DNA from: Geobacter metallireducens GS-15
Lineage (GTDB): Bacteria > Desulfobacterota > Desulfuromonadia > Geobacterales > Geobacteraceae
Length of the DNA: 32,000 nt
NCBI RefSeq assembly: GCF_000012925.1
Contig: NC_007517.1
Location: 240,001 to 272,000, forward strand
Direction of reading: 5' to 3'
Within the stretch, counting starts at the first letter, position 1. Every line of letters starts with the position of its first letter. The translations under genes were made by a program, and so were the position numbers. The notes beneath the pieces were generated by a model that was not told the origin of the DNA, searched no databases, and saw only the letters and a program-made list of their open reading frames with translations. Below, piece by piece: positions 25,100-32,000 of the stretch.

Positions 25100-25128
25100 T
25101 TTTTACCCCCTCCCACTCGGCATGTCAA
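25100..25128 (-). promoter_or_regulatory. sigma70-type promoter for riboswitch copy 1
   Basis: The minus strand reads TTGACA, 17 nt, TAAAAA, about 40 nt upstream of the aptamer. Confidence 0.5.
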
Positions 25129-25342
25129 CCTGACAGGAGCAAACTTTTCCCCCTCCCGAGCATGCTGGATTTTGATTTTGCCGGTAGATCGGGAACATAC
25201 ACCCTCGCAGGGGGACCATGGTCGTTGTCATTTTTTGTCAACACGATAATCTGTCGAGCGTTTATAATAATAACGTCTTCGTGGAACCCTCGATGGGTAA
25301 TCGGAGGCGAGGCGTAAATCACGACGATGGAAGGAGGCTTGT

Positions 25343-25723
25343 ATGTACAGGATCGCGTGCGGTATCTTCGCGTTGACGGTTGCGCTCATGGTGAATGTCC
25401 TGCCTGCCCATGCGCGGGGCGGTTATTACGGGCATCATGGAGGAGGGGTGAGGTTCGGCGTGCATGTGGGGCCGGGGGCGTGGTGGCCGGGATGGTGGGG
25501 ACCGTACGGCTACGGCTATTATCCCTATTATCCGCCGCCGGTAATCGTGCAGCCCCCATCCGATCTCTACGTCGAACCGGCCCCCGCGCCCGAGGCGGAG
25601 GAACCCCGTTACTGGTATTATTGCAAGGAAGCGAAGGGATACTATCCCGATGTGAAAAAGTGCCCAAAGGGGTGGATGAAGGTTGTTCCTCCTGAAAATC
25701 CACCGGAGGAAGAGGAGGAGTGA
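25343..25723 (+). CDS. secreted Gly/Tyr/Trp/Pro-rich protein with a C-terminal two-Cys motif
   Basis: Signal peptide ends AHA-RGG. Low-complexity GGYYGHHGGG...WWPGWWGPYGYGYYPYYPPP. C-terminal YWYYCKEAKGYYPDVKKCPKGWMKVVP. GGAGG upstream. Confidence 0.6.
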   Translation: MYRIACGIFALTVALMVNVLPAHARGGYYGHHGGGVRFGVHVGPGAWWPGWWGPYGYGYYPYYPPPVIVQPPSDLYVEPAPAPEAEEPRYWYYCKEAKGYYPDVKKCPKGWMKVVPPENPPEEEEE

Positions 25724-25727
25724 TGCC

Positions 25728-26252
25728 ATGGTAGTCAATTGGTTGCAAAGATATGCGACAGTGGCGGCATTGATGGTGCTGGGGGGGTGTGCGACGGTGC
25801 CGTCCGGTCCGAGCGTACTGGTACTGCCGGCCCCGGGAAAACCCTTCGAGCAGTTCCAGGTGGAAGACGCGACCTGCCGGCAGTGGGCCGGGCAACAGAT
25901 CGGCCTCTCCGCCCAGGAGACGGTCAACCAGAATACCGCCCAAAGTGCCGCCGTGGGAACGGCGATAGGCGCCGGCGCCGGTGCGCTCCTCGGAGCCGCG
26001 GCCGGCCATCCGGCTGCGGGCGCGGCCATTGGCGCCGGCAGCGGGTTGCTCGTGGGGACGGCGTCTGGTTCCGGCGCTGGGGAGGCGTATGGATGGGAGG
26101 CGCAGCAGAAATATGATTACGCGTACGTGCAGTGCATGTATGCCAAGGGGAACCAGGTTCCCGGCCGGGTGCACCGGTACCGGCTGAAGAGGGTCGCCCC
26201 GTCGCCATCATCTCCCGACAGGTATTCCGTGCCGCCTGACTACGTTCCCTGA
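25728..26252 (+). CDS. glycine-zipper lipoprotein
   Basis: The ATG at 25728 follows GAGGAGGAG, 4 nt after the previous stop. Lipobox VLGGC. Gly-zipper AVGTAIGAGAGALLGAAAGHPAAGAAIGAGSGLLVGTASG. C-terminal block YDYAYVQCMYAKGNQVP. Confidence 0.7.
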   Translation: MVVNWLQRYATVAALMVLGGCATVPSGPSVLVLPAPGKPFEQFQVEDATCRQWAGQQIGLSAQETVNQNTAQSAAVGTAIGAGAGALLGAAAGHPAAGAAIGAGSGLLVGTASGSGAGEAYGWEAQQKYDYAYVQCMYAKGNQVPGRVHRYRLKRVAPSPSSPDRYSVPPDYVP

Positions 26253-26283
26253 TCTCCCGTTTTCCCCTGTCGGCATGCAGATG

Positions 26284-26320
26284 CAAAAGGCCAGACCCGT
26301 TTCAGGGTATGGCCTTTTGT
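26284..26320. terminator. bidirectional terminator
   Basis: CAAAAGGCCA...TGGCCTTTTG with an inner ACCC/GGGT pairing, placed between convergent genes. Confidence 0.6.
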
Positions 26321-26339
26321 GTCCGAACCATCTTCCTCC

Positions 26340-26516
26340 CTAGCTCAACATGTCAGCGTCACCGCTCACATGGACAAAACCGTCTCTCCTTACTTCATGG
26401 TCGAGCTTGGGAATCGTCTCACATGCTTCGCAGAGATACTTTTCTTCTTTGTCGCTGAAAGAGCCGTGTTCACAGGCACCGCTCCAAACCTTGATATCAC
26501 ATCTCTCGGTTCTCAT
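26340..26516 (-). CDS. small Cys-rich protein, 58 aa (below the ORF-track cutoff)
   Basis: The minus strand reads GGGAGGCGAAGGATC-ATG. My translation is MRTERCDIKVWSGACEHGSFSDKEEKYLCEACETIPKLDHEVRRDGFVHVSGDADMLS, with Cys at 6, 15, 29 and 32 (CxxC). It ends at the bidirectional terminator. Confidence 0.45.
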   Translation of the reverse strand: MRTERCDIKVWSGACEHGSFSDKEEKYLCEACETIPKLDHEVRRDGFVHVSGDADMLS

Positions 26517-26656
26517 GATCCTTCGCCTCCCTTCTTCTTGAATTTATTATACCACCGGGGAAGAGGTTTACCGAGGGGAAAGATTAGCCTTACAACGTCC
26601 CGGAGTCCCATGCTATCCTGCGTGGAACAAGCACTGAGACATCCGTGGAGGATAGC

Positions 26657-27544
26657 ATGGAATACACTGAACAGCCTGGACTCTGTCGTCTGCACACCCT
26701 GAAGGTCGTCCGCGTTGACAAGCAAGGCGTCTGGCTGGAGGCCGGCGGGCGCCTGGCGCACCTGCCCCGGCGGGAGGCGCCCCAATCGTCCCCCGGTGAC
26801 CCGGTGGACGTATTTCTCTATCAGGACGGGGTTGGAGAGTTGCAGGCCACGTGCCGTCTCCCGCTGGCCCAGGCCGGTGAGTTTGCGCTGCTGACGGTCA
26901 AGTCGGTCGGTTCCCACGGGGCGTTCCTCGACTGGGGCCTGGCAAAGGATCTGCTGGCGCCGTATCGCCTCCAGCCCGAGCGGATGCAGGTCGCCAGGAG
27001 CTACCTCGTGAAGGTCGATCTCGACCCGCAGGGGCGCCCTTTTGCCAATGCCCGTATCGACGACTGCCTTGACCGCGGGCGGCCCGACCTGCGTGAAGGG
27101 GATGCGGTGGACCTGCTCGTCTGGCAGTTCACCGACCTGGGCGCCAAGGTCATTGTCAATCACCGGTATCCCGCCCTCCTCTACCGGGACGAACTGCCGG
27201 CCGGGGCCATTGTCGGCATGCCGCTGTCCGGTTATGTGAAGCGACTGCGCGAAGACGGCAGGCTCGATGTCACCCTCCGCAAGGTGGGGGCCGAGGCGGT
27301 GTCGGACGCACGGGATGCCATCCTCGCGGCGTTGGCTGCCCATGGCGGCACCTTGCCCCTTCATGACCGGAGCTCACCGGCAGCCATCGAGAAGGCTCTG
27401 GGCATGAGCAAGAAGAGCTTCAAGAAGGCGGTGGGGGGTCTCTACAAGGACGGTCTGGTGACCTTGAACGATGAGGGAATTAGGCTGACGGGGAAAGGTA
27501 CGGCCAACAGCCAGTCCCCGGAAAGGGACCGTCCGTTGCCATGA
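26657..27544 (+). CDS. S1-domain RNA-binding protein (CvfB/YitL family)
   Basis: The ATG at 26657 lies 4 nt after GGAGGA. Blocks VDVFLYQDGVGELQAT, HGAFLDWGLAKDLLAPY and GYVKRLREDGRLDVTL are typical of YitL/CvfB. Confidence 0.7.
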   Translation: MEYTEQPGLCRLHTLKVVRVDKQGVWLEAGGRLAHLPRREAPQSSPGDPVDVFLYQDGVGELQATCRLPLAQAGEFALLTVKSVGSHGAFLDWGLAKDLLAPYRLQPERMQVARSYLVKVDLDPQGRPFANARIDDCLDRGRPDLREGDAVDLLVWQFTDLGAKVIVNHRYPALLYRDELPAGAIVGMPLSGYVKRLREDGRLDVTLRKVGAEAVSDARDAILAALAAHGGTLPLHDRSSPAAIEKALGMSKKSFKKAVGGLYKDGLVTLNDEGIRLTGKGTANSQSPERDRPLP

Positions 27545-28023
27545 CAAAAGAGCAGTTGCTGAACCAGATTACGGCGGCCCTCGATGCCGATCTTGCTGTC
27601 CTCGCCACCGCAGCCCGGTTCGCCCACGAGGCAGCGACCCACGAGGAGTGCATACCCGACAACAAGTACGACACCACGGCGCTGGAGGCATCATACGTTG
27701 CCCAGGGGCAGGCGAACCGTGCCCAGGAGATCCGGATGGCGCTGGAGAGCTATCGGGTGCTGGCACTGCGCGAATTCGACGACGAAACGCCGATCCGGTT
27801 GACGGCCCTGGTTATCCTGGAGGATGAGGATGGGGAAGCACGGCGTGTCTTTCTCGGTCCGGAAGCGGGTGGACTCAAAATCGCCGACGGCGAGGGGGAG
27901 ATCGTAGTCATAACCCCGCAGTCACCCTTGGGCCGCGTCCTGCTCGGCAAAGTAGTCGGGGATCAGTTGCAAGCGGGCATGGGGGGGACGCGAAAAACCT
28001 TCACGGTCGTCGAGGTCTGCTGA
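27541..28023 (+). CDS. GreA/GreB-family C-terminal-domain protein
   Basis: ATGA overlap with the upstream gene. N-terminal coiled segment with NKYDTTALEASYVAQGQANR. C-terminal ITPQSPLGRVLLGKVVGD resembles the Gre-factor C-terminal domain. Confidence 0.6.
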   Translation: MTKEQLLNQITAALDADLAVLATAARFAHEAATHEECIPDNKYDTTALEASYVAQGQANRAQEIRMALESYRVLALREFDDETPIRLTALVILEDEDGEARRVFLGPEAGGLKIADGEGEIVVITPQSPLGRVLLGKVVGDQLQAGMGGTRKTFTVVEVC

Positions 28024-28059
28024 GGATTGAAGTCCGGCCAATCAGTTGGCTGTCGTTCG

Positions 28060-28212
28060 TTATTTCGCCTCTTCCTCTTCGGTGGATTGTCCGGAGACTT
28101 CTTCAGGGAGGGAGTCTTTTCTTGCCAGTTTGCGCTGAAGCTTTTCGTCGTTCTTTTTCTTCCGCTCTAATTCCTTCTGCCGTTTCTGAAACTGAAAATT
28201 GGGTTTTGCCAT
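28060..28212 (-). CDS. small Lys/Glu-rich protein, 50 aa
   Basis: The internal ATG at 28212 of track ORF 28060..28302 is preceded by AGGAG. Sequence MAKPNFQFQKRQKELERKKKNDEKLQRKLARKDSLPEEVSGQSTEEEEAK. Confidence 0.45.
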   Translation of the reverse strand: MAKPNFQFQKRQKELERKKKNDEKLQRKLARKDSLPEEVSGQSTEEEEAK

Positions 28213-28300
28213 CGATTCACTCCTGCGCGCATGGGATAGGGGGCGTGAGGGACATGATCCCGAGGTGTCTATTCCTTGGGGTGCCGGCAATTGCCGAAAC

Positions 28301-28331
28301 AAAAAAGCCCCGAGGTTTTCCCGGGGCTTTT
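28301..28331 (-). terminator. intrinsic terminator after the cold-shock gene
   Basis: The minus strand reads AAAAGCCCCGGGAAAACCTCGGGGCTTTTTTGTTTC. Confidence 0.6.
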
Positions 28332-28350
28332 GAGGTCTGCTGGAGGGTTG

Positions 28351-28551
28351 TTATACTCTGGTTACGTTCGCGGCCTGGAGACCTTTCGGCCCCTTGGTTA
28401 CTTCAAACGTTACCCTATCGCCTTCAGTAAGGGATTTGAATCCGTCACCCGCGATGGCGGAGAAGTGACAGAACACATCCTCACCGTTATCCTGCTCGAG
28501 AAATCCAAAACCCTTGCTGTCGTTGAACCACTTTACTGTTCCGTTTACCAT
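28351..28551 (-). CDS. cspA: cold-shock protein (CspA family)
   Basis: The ATG at 28551 is preceded by AGGAGA. 66 aa: [33 protein letters not shown], with RNP1 and RNP2 motifs. Confidence 0.95.
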   Translation of the reverse strand: MVNGTVKWFNDSKGFGFLEQDNGEDVFCHFSAIAGDGFKSLTEGDRVTFEVTKGPKGLQAANVTRV

Positions 28552-28969
28552 GTGCTTACTTTCTCCTGATACTTCCTGTTGTTTTTGTCCGGCATCATGC
28601 CGGATGTTTTTTCGACAGTAACAGCTTTGTTCTGATGAAGTCAATCTATTATATTTATCTGGACATGGGCCTCATTAATTTAATGCGCCAAGTCTGAGGT
28701 GCAATTTGTAATCATGCCTCTCATTAGCGAGTTGCCATAATCGTGCAACTGCGCAAATAGTGACTGTTGTCAGCGTTGTTCATGATCGTGTCAATATCAA
28801 AGTAATAAATTAACGTCAAGATTCCTTGCTAATTCAGAATCTTGTCGTATATTATAGAAACAAGTTATAGACTGTGTTGGTGATTTTTCGGGTTTTATTC
28901 GTAAGGGCAGGTTTGTGAGTTGAGAATTATGACTCATTCACCTCTACAAAAAGAAAGCGGTATGAGACA

Positions 28970-29215
28970 ATGACAATCAAAGTCGGAAACATTGTAAGTC
29001 ACCCGAGAGGCCAGGAATGGGGCGCCGGTAAGGTTCTGGAAATAACATCCACCTTGGCGATGATACAGTTCAGCGACGGTATAAAACGGAAAATTGCAGT
29101 ATCTCACTTCAGTACGTTGGAGCCTGCTGCTCCTGGCTCTTATTTGCCTCCTGTTGAAGTTCCTGTTGTGGCAAAACCTTCCCGGGCACCCAGGGCAAGC
29201 AAAAAGAAGATATAA
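28970..29215 (+). CDS. small hypothetical protein, DUF3553-like N-terminal domain
   Basis: 81 aa. The pattern VGNIVSHPRGQEWGAGKVLEI...IQF resembles the G..V.H....WG.G.V pattern I associate with DUF3553. A terminator follows. Confidence 0.45.
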   Translation: MTIKVGNIVSHPRGQEWGAGKVLEITSTLAMIQFSDGIKRKIAVSHFSTLEPAAPGSYLPPVEVPVVAKPSRAPRASKKKI

Positions 29216-29255
29216 TTACGAGAGTTTATTCTAGGAATAGATATATACTTAATTC

Positions 29256-29287
29256 AAAAAGGCGACCAATAGGTCGCCTTTTCTGTC
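29256..29287 (+). terminator. intrinsic terminator
   Basis: AAAAAGGCGACC-AATA-GGTCGCCTTTTC followed by TGTC. Confidence 0.7.
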
Positions 29288-29343
29288 TCTGTGCAGATCG
29301 TTGATATGGACCGAAAGCCCTTTGGGGTGAAGGGGGTAACCTG

Positions 29344-29904
29344 ATGCTGCATCTGTCGATGCCGTTGCCCGAATGGGCCCGGACGTCCGTGGGGAATTCG
29401 GGCATTTTTGCAGGGGATGCCGAGAAAATGGCCTTTGCCATCAGTCTTGCTCGGAGCAATGTGGAAGAGGGGACCGGAGGCCCGTTCGGTGCGGCCATAT
29501 TCAACCGGGAAAGCGGCGAGCTGGTGAGTGTGGGGGTGAACCTCGTGGTTGCAGGCATGAACTCCGTACTCCATGCCGAGATGGTGGCCATCATGGCGGC
29601 CGAAGCGGTGTTGGGGACCTATACCCTGGCAGTCAGGGGACGTTTCGAGCTGTTCTCCTCCTGTGAACCGTGCGCCATGTGCCTCGGGGGGATCCTCTGG
29701 AGTGGGGTGGAGAGACTGGTGTGTGCCGCTGCGGCCGACGACGCCCGGGCAATCGGCTTCGATGAGGGGCCGGTGTATCCTGAGTCGTACTGCTACCTGA
29801 AGGAGCGTGGAATCGAGATTGAAAGGGGTTTCATGCGTGAAGAAGGGAAGAGGGTGCTGGAACTCTACCGGGAGCGGGGGGGTATCCTCTACAACCGGCG
29901 GTAG
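29344..29904 (+). CDS. CDA-fold nucleoside/nucleotide deaminase (guanine/tRNA deaminase-like)
   Basis: Zinc motifs HAEMVAI and CEPCAMCLGGI (HxE...PCxxC). Confidence 0.8.
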   Translation: MLHLSMPLPEWARTSVGNSGIFAGDAEKMAFAISLARSNVEEGTGGPFGAAIFNRESGELVSVGVNLVVAGMNSVLHAEMVAIMAAEAVLGTYTLAVRGRFELFSSCEPCAMCLGGILWSGVERLVCAAAADDARAIGFDEGPVYPESYCYLKERGIEIERGFMREEGKRVLELYRERGGILYNRR

Positions 29905-29974
29905 CCATTGCCCGCGAGTTGCTTCGGATTGTCGGATCAGCTCGGATAGGATCCTGAAGAATCAGGAGGTATTC

Positions 29975-30322
29975 TCACTCCTGGCCGTGCCCCTGTCGCT
30001 GGCGGATGGCGAAGAGCGGTTCGAAGATGAACTCGTCGCGGCAGACGGGGCATTTGCCGGGGGAGGTGAGGCGGTCGCGTTTGGCGAATACGAAGCCGCA
30101 GGCGCGGCATTCGGCAGGGGTGACCTCCAGGTATCCTCCACTGGCGTGGATGCTGAGACGGATATGCTCCAGGTGGCTATAGACCTCCTTTTCCGCCAAA
30201 TGTGCCTGGCTCGAAATCTCTCTGGCGGAGAGGGGGTGATCGCGAATCAGCTCCATGACGGCGTGGCGGGCCGTTTCCTGGGCAGGGCGCGGTACGGCTG
30301 GTTTCCGCGGTATCTGTTTCAT
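29975..30322 (-). CDS. HTH domain fused to a Zn-ribbon, predicted transcriptional regulator (COG3357-like)
   Basis: The ATG at 30322 is preceded by GGGAGG. HTH-like LSAREISSQAHLAEKEVYSHLEHI. Zn-ribbon CRACG...CPVC. Confidence 0.6.
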   Translation of the reverse strand: MKQIPRKPAVPRPAQETARHAVMELIRDHPLSAREISSQAHLAEKEVYSHLEHIRLSIHASGGYLEVTPAECRACGFVFAKRDRLTSPGKCPVCRDEFIFEPLFAIRQRQGHGQE

Positions 30323-30360
30323 GGGGCCTCCCACGGGAACCTCCTCTGATGGGGGAAAGA

Positions 30361-30389
30361 ACGGGGGAGGCTTTCATGGCCTCCCCCGT
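30361..30389 (-). terminator. 11-bp hairpin after the DUF4382-like gene (weak U tract)
   Basis: ACGGGGGAGGC-TTTCATG-GCCTCCCCCGT. On the minus strand it is followed by TCTTTCCCCC. Confidence 0.45.
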
Positions 30390-30397
30390 ATCGGGCG

Positions 30398-31348
30398 TCA
30401 GGGTGTCGGGGTCAGATGAATGGCGCCGAGGTCGGTGGTTGCCTTGGATGCGACGGAAACGGCGGCGGACGAATAGAGCTGGAAACCGTTGGCGGCGACG
30501 AATGCCTTGTAGGCGACTGTCGCGGTGCTGGGCGGAACAAATACCGCAAAGGGGGCCTGCCACGTGCCGCTCGTGTAGTTGCTGAAGATCGTGCCGGCGG
30601 CGATGGGATTCACGTCGTTGATGGCGCCGCGGCGTTTCACCGACACCGTGGCGCTCGACCAGTCTGCGAACGGGGAAACGACCGTGCCGGAAATTGACCC
30701 ATAGGCTGGAATCACATCCTCCATCTGGATTATCCGTATTCCCGTAGGTTTCAGGATATATTTTTCGTTTTGCGGGGTGTTGCCGCGTTCAACAATGGCG
30801 GTGTTGGGATCGAAGTCGATGGCGATGGCGTTGATCACCCCCGGTTCAACCACAAACCTGCCAAGCACCTTGAGTCCCGATTGTTGTGCGCTGGGCGTCT
30901 TGAGGGGAATCTTTGTGTTCGGGTCGGATTTGAGGGTAACGTAATTGACCGGGTTCTGCCCATTGACGTTTGGTTCAAGGATCAGGCGGACCTGGCTGTA
31001 GGTTCCCACGGGAAGGGTTACCGTGCCGAGCAGTTCCTGGACATAGGCAAGGTCGAGAACGTTGAAGCTGGGGGATGGTTCAGCAAGCGGAATGGTGATT
31101 AGCAGGGGGTCGTCGTCGGATGCATTCTGGTCATATTCGACCGGTACGATTTTGACAGCTTTGATTTTTATCCTCACTTCAGCAAAATCGTCACTCAGTT
31201 TGTCGGTCAAGGCAACCTTCAGTGTACCGGTTGAGGCTGTCCCTCCTCCGCCTCCCCCGCCACTGCACCCCTGGAACTGGACCAGAGCCAGCGTCGCGAC
31301 AGCAAAGAACACCATTGTTTTCAGAGCGGATCTCATCTGTACCATCAT
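30398..31348 (-). CDS. secreted lipoprotein, DUF4382-like beta-sandwich protein
   Basis: AAGGAG RBS. Signal peptide with lipobox FQGC, followed by a Gly7 linker. The N-terminal LKVALTDKLSDDFAEVRIKIKAVKIV pattern resembles DUF4382. Confidence 0.6.
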   Translation of the reverse strand: MMVQMRSALKTMVFFAVATLALVQFQGCSGGGGGGGTASTGTLKVALTDKLSDDFAEVRIKIKAVKIVPVEYDQNASDDDPLLITIPLAEPSPSFNVLDLAYVQELLGTVTLPVGTYSQVRLILEPNVNGQNPVNYVTLKSDPNTKIPLKTPSAQQSGLKVLGRFVVEPGVINAIAIDFDPNTAIVERGNTPQNEKYILKPTGIRIIQMEDVIPAYGSISGTVVSPFADWSSATVSVKRRGAINDVNPIAAGTIFSNYTSGTWQAPFAVFVPPSTATVAYKAFVAANGFQLYSSAAVSVASKATTDLGAIHLTPTP

Positions 31349-31383
31349 GAATCTCCTTTCCCCGATTTTTCAGTGCCATAGCA

Positions 31384-31499
31384 CAAAAAAACCGGGCTGT
31401 CGAAAATGTGGTGACATTTCGGCAACCCGGCTGTCTCGGTGAGACCCTGTGGGCTTTCCGCCCCATCCTCGCGGATGGTTTAGTATTGTCGTGTATCAC
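31384..31499 (-). promoter_or_regulatory. GEMM-I (cyclic-dinucleotide) riboswitch, aptamer plus intrinsic terminator, copy 2
   Basis: Bases 31416-31492 match 24987-25063 at 76 of 77 positions. The terminator uses the same 5' arm but a different 3' arm (ACATTTTCGACAGCCCGGT plus TTTTTTTG on the minus strand). Confidence 0.75.
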
Positions 31500-31516
31500 G
31501 TTGATTTGTAATGGAA

Positions 31517-31544
31517 AGTATACCGGCCGTCCGGGTGAAGTCAA
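31517..31544 (-). promoter_or_regulatory. sigma70-type promoter for riboswitch copy 2
   Basis: The minus strand reads TTGACT, 16 nt, TATACT. Confidence 0.5.
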
Positions 31545-31595
31545 GCTGCGTTCGCGGGATATAGGGGGAGGAGGATACGATGATGAAATGATTAG

Positions 31596-32000
31596 TTATG
31601 TTTTGCCGGGGATGTCTCCATAGCCTCCGGTAAGGTTGGTGAACCGTATCCGCAGCACTTCGCCGAGCATCCGGAAGGAATCCCGTACCAGGCGAACCTT
31701 TGTCCCCTCCACATCAGACCAGTTTACCGGCACCTCAACGACCACATACCCCAAACGCCGGGCCAAGAAGAGGAGTTCCACGTCAAACCCGAAACCGGTA
31801 ATCCTTTGCCGCGGGAAAATGTCTTCGGCGGCAGAGGCCGTGAAGAGCTTGAAGCCGCACTGGGAATCGTGAATGCCCCGTACTGCAAGGGCTCGTATGA
31901 GCCCGTTGAAAACCGTTCCCATGATTTTGCGGTGTACCCTTCCCTGTACGATGCACTCGTCGGACCTCATGGCCCGTGAGCCGATGGCAATGTCGGCCCC
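31596..32000 (-). CDS. family-2 glycosyltransferase (polyprenyl-phosphate sugar transferase-like), C-terminal part; 5' end lies right of the window
   Basis: The frame stays open to base 32000 (GADIAIGSRAMRSDE...). The blocks DSQCGFKLF and GFGFDVELLFLARRLGY are typical of the GT2 DPM1-like group. Confidence 0.8.
   Translation of the reverse strand, partial: GADIAIGSRAMRSDECIVQGRVHRKIMGTVFNGLIRALAVRGIHDSQCGFKLFTASAAEDIFPRQRITGFGFDVELLFLARRLGYVVVEVPVNWSDVEGTKVRLVRDSFRMLGEVLRIRFTNLTGGYGDIPGKT

Overview
This is a GC-rich bacterial chromosomal window. Its gene content and order (argG...argH, dapA-dapB-dapL, many lipoproteins, GEMM-I riboswitches) resemble a Geobacter-type (Desulfuromonadales) genome, but that taxonomic guess is inference only.

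Left third: arginine and lysine biosynthesis genes (lysine via the LL-DAP aminotransferase route). A NUDIX hydrolase and a divergent nitrilase-superfamily-like gene sit between argG and argH.

About 8.0-10.9 kb: a small accessory island lies between dapL and a convergent DAP-decarboxylase-like gene. Its modules are a TumE/HTH-like pair, an MNT/HEPN pair, a non-coding segment and a secreted transglutaminase-like gene. Copies of one ~25-28 bp repeat separate the modules; no clear copy was found at the island's left edge.

Middle: a Phd/RelE pair, msrB-msrA, a frameshifted oxalate/formate-type MFS gene, transport and housekeeping genes, and an intact ISL3-family IS with 8-bp target duplications.

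Right third: two almost identical GEMM-I (cyclic-dinucleotide) riboswitch aptamers on the minus strand. Each has its own promoter and terminator, and they precede a membrane protein and a DUF4382-like lipoprotein.

Several short genes below or hidden by the 60-aa ORF-track cutoff are proposed. No rRNA, tRNA or CRISPR array was seen. Many long ORFs in the track are antisense artefacts of the high GC content.
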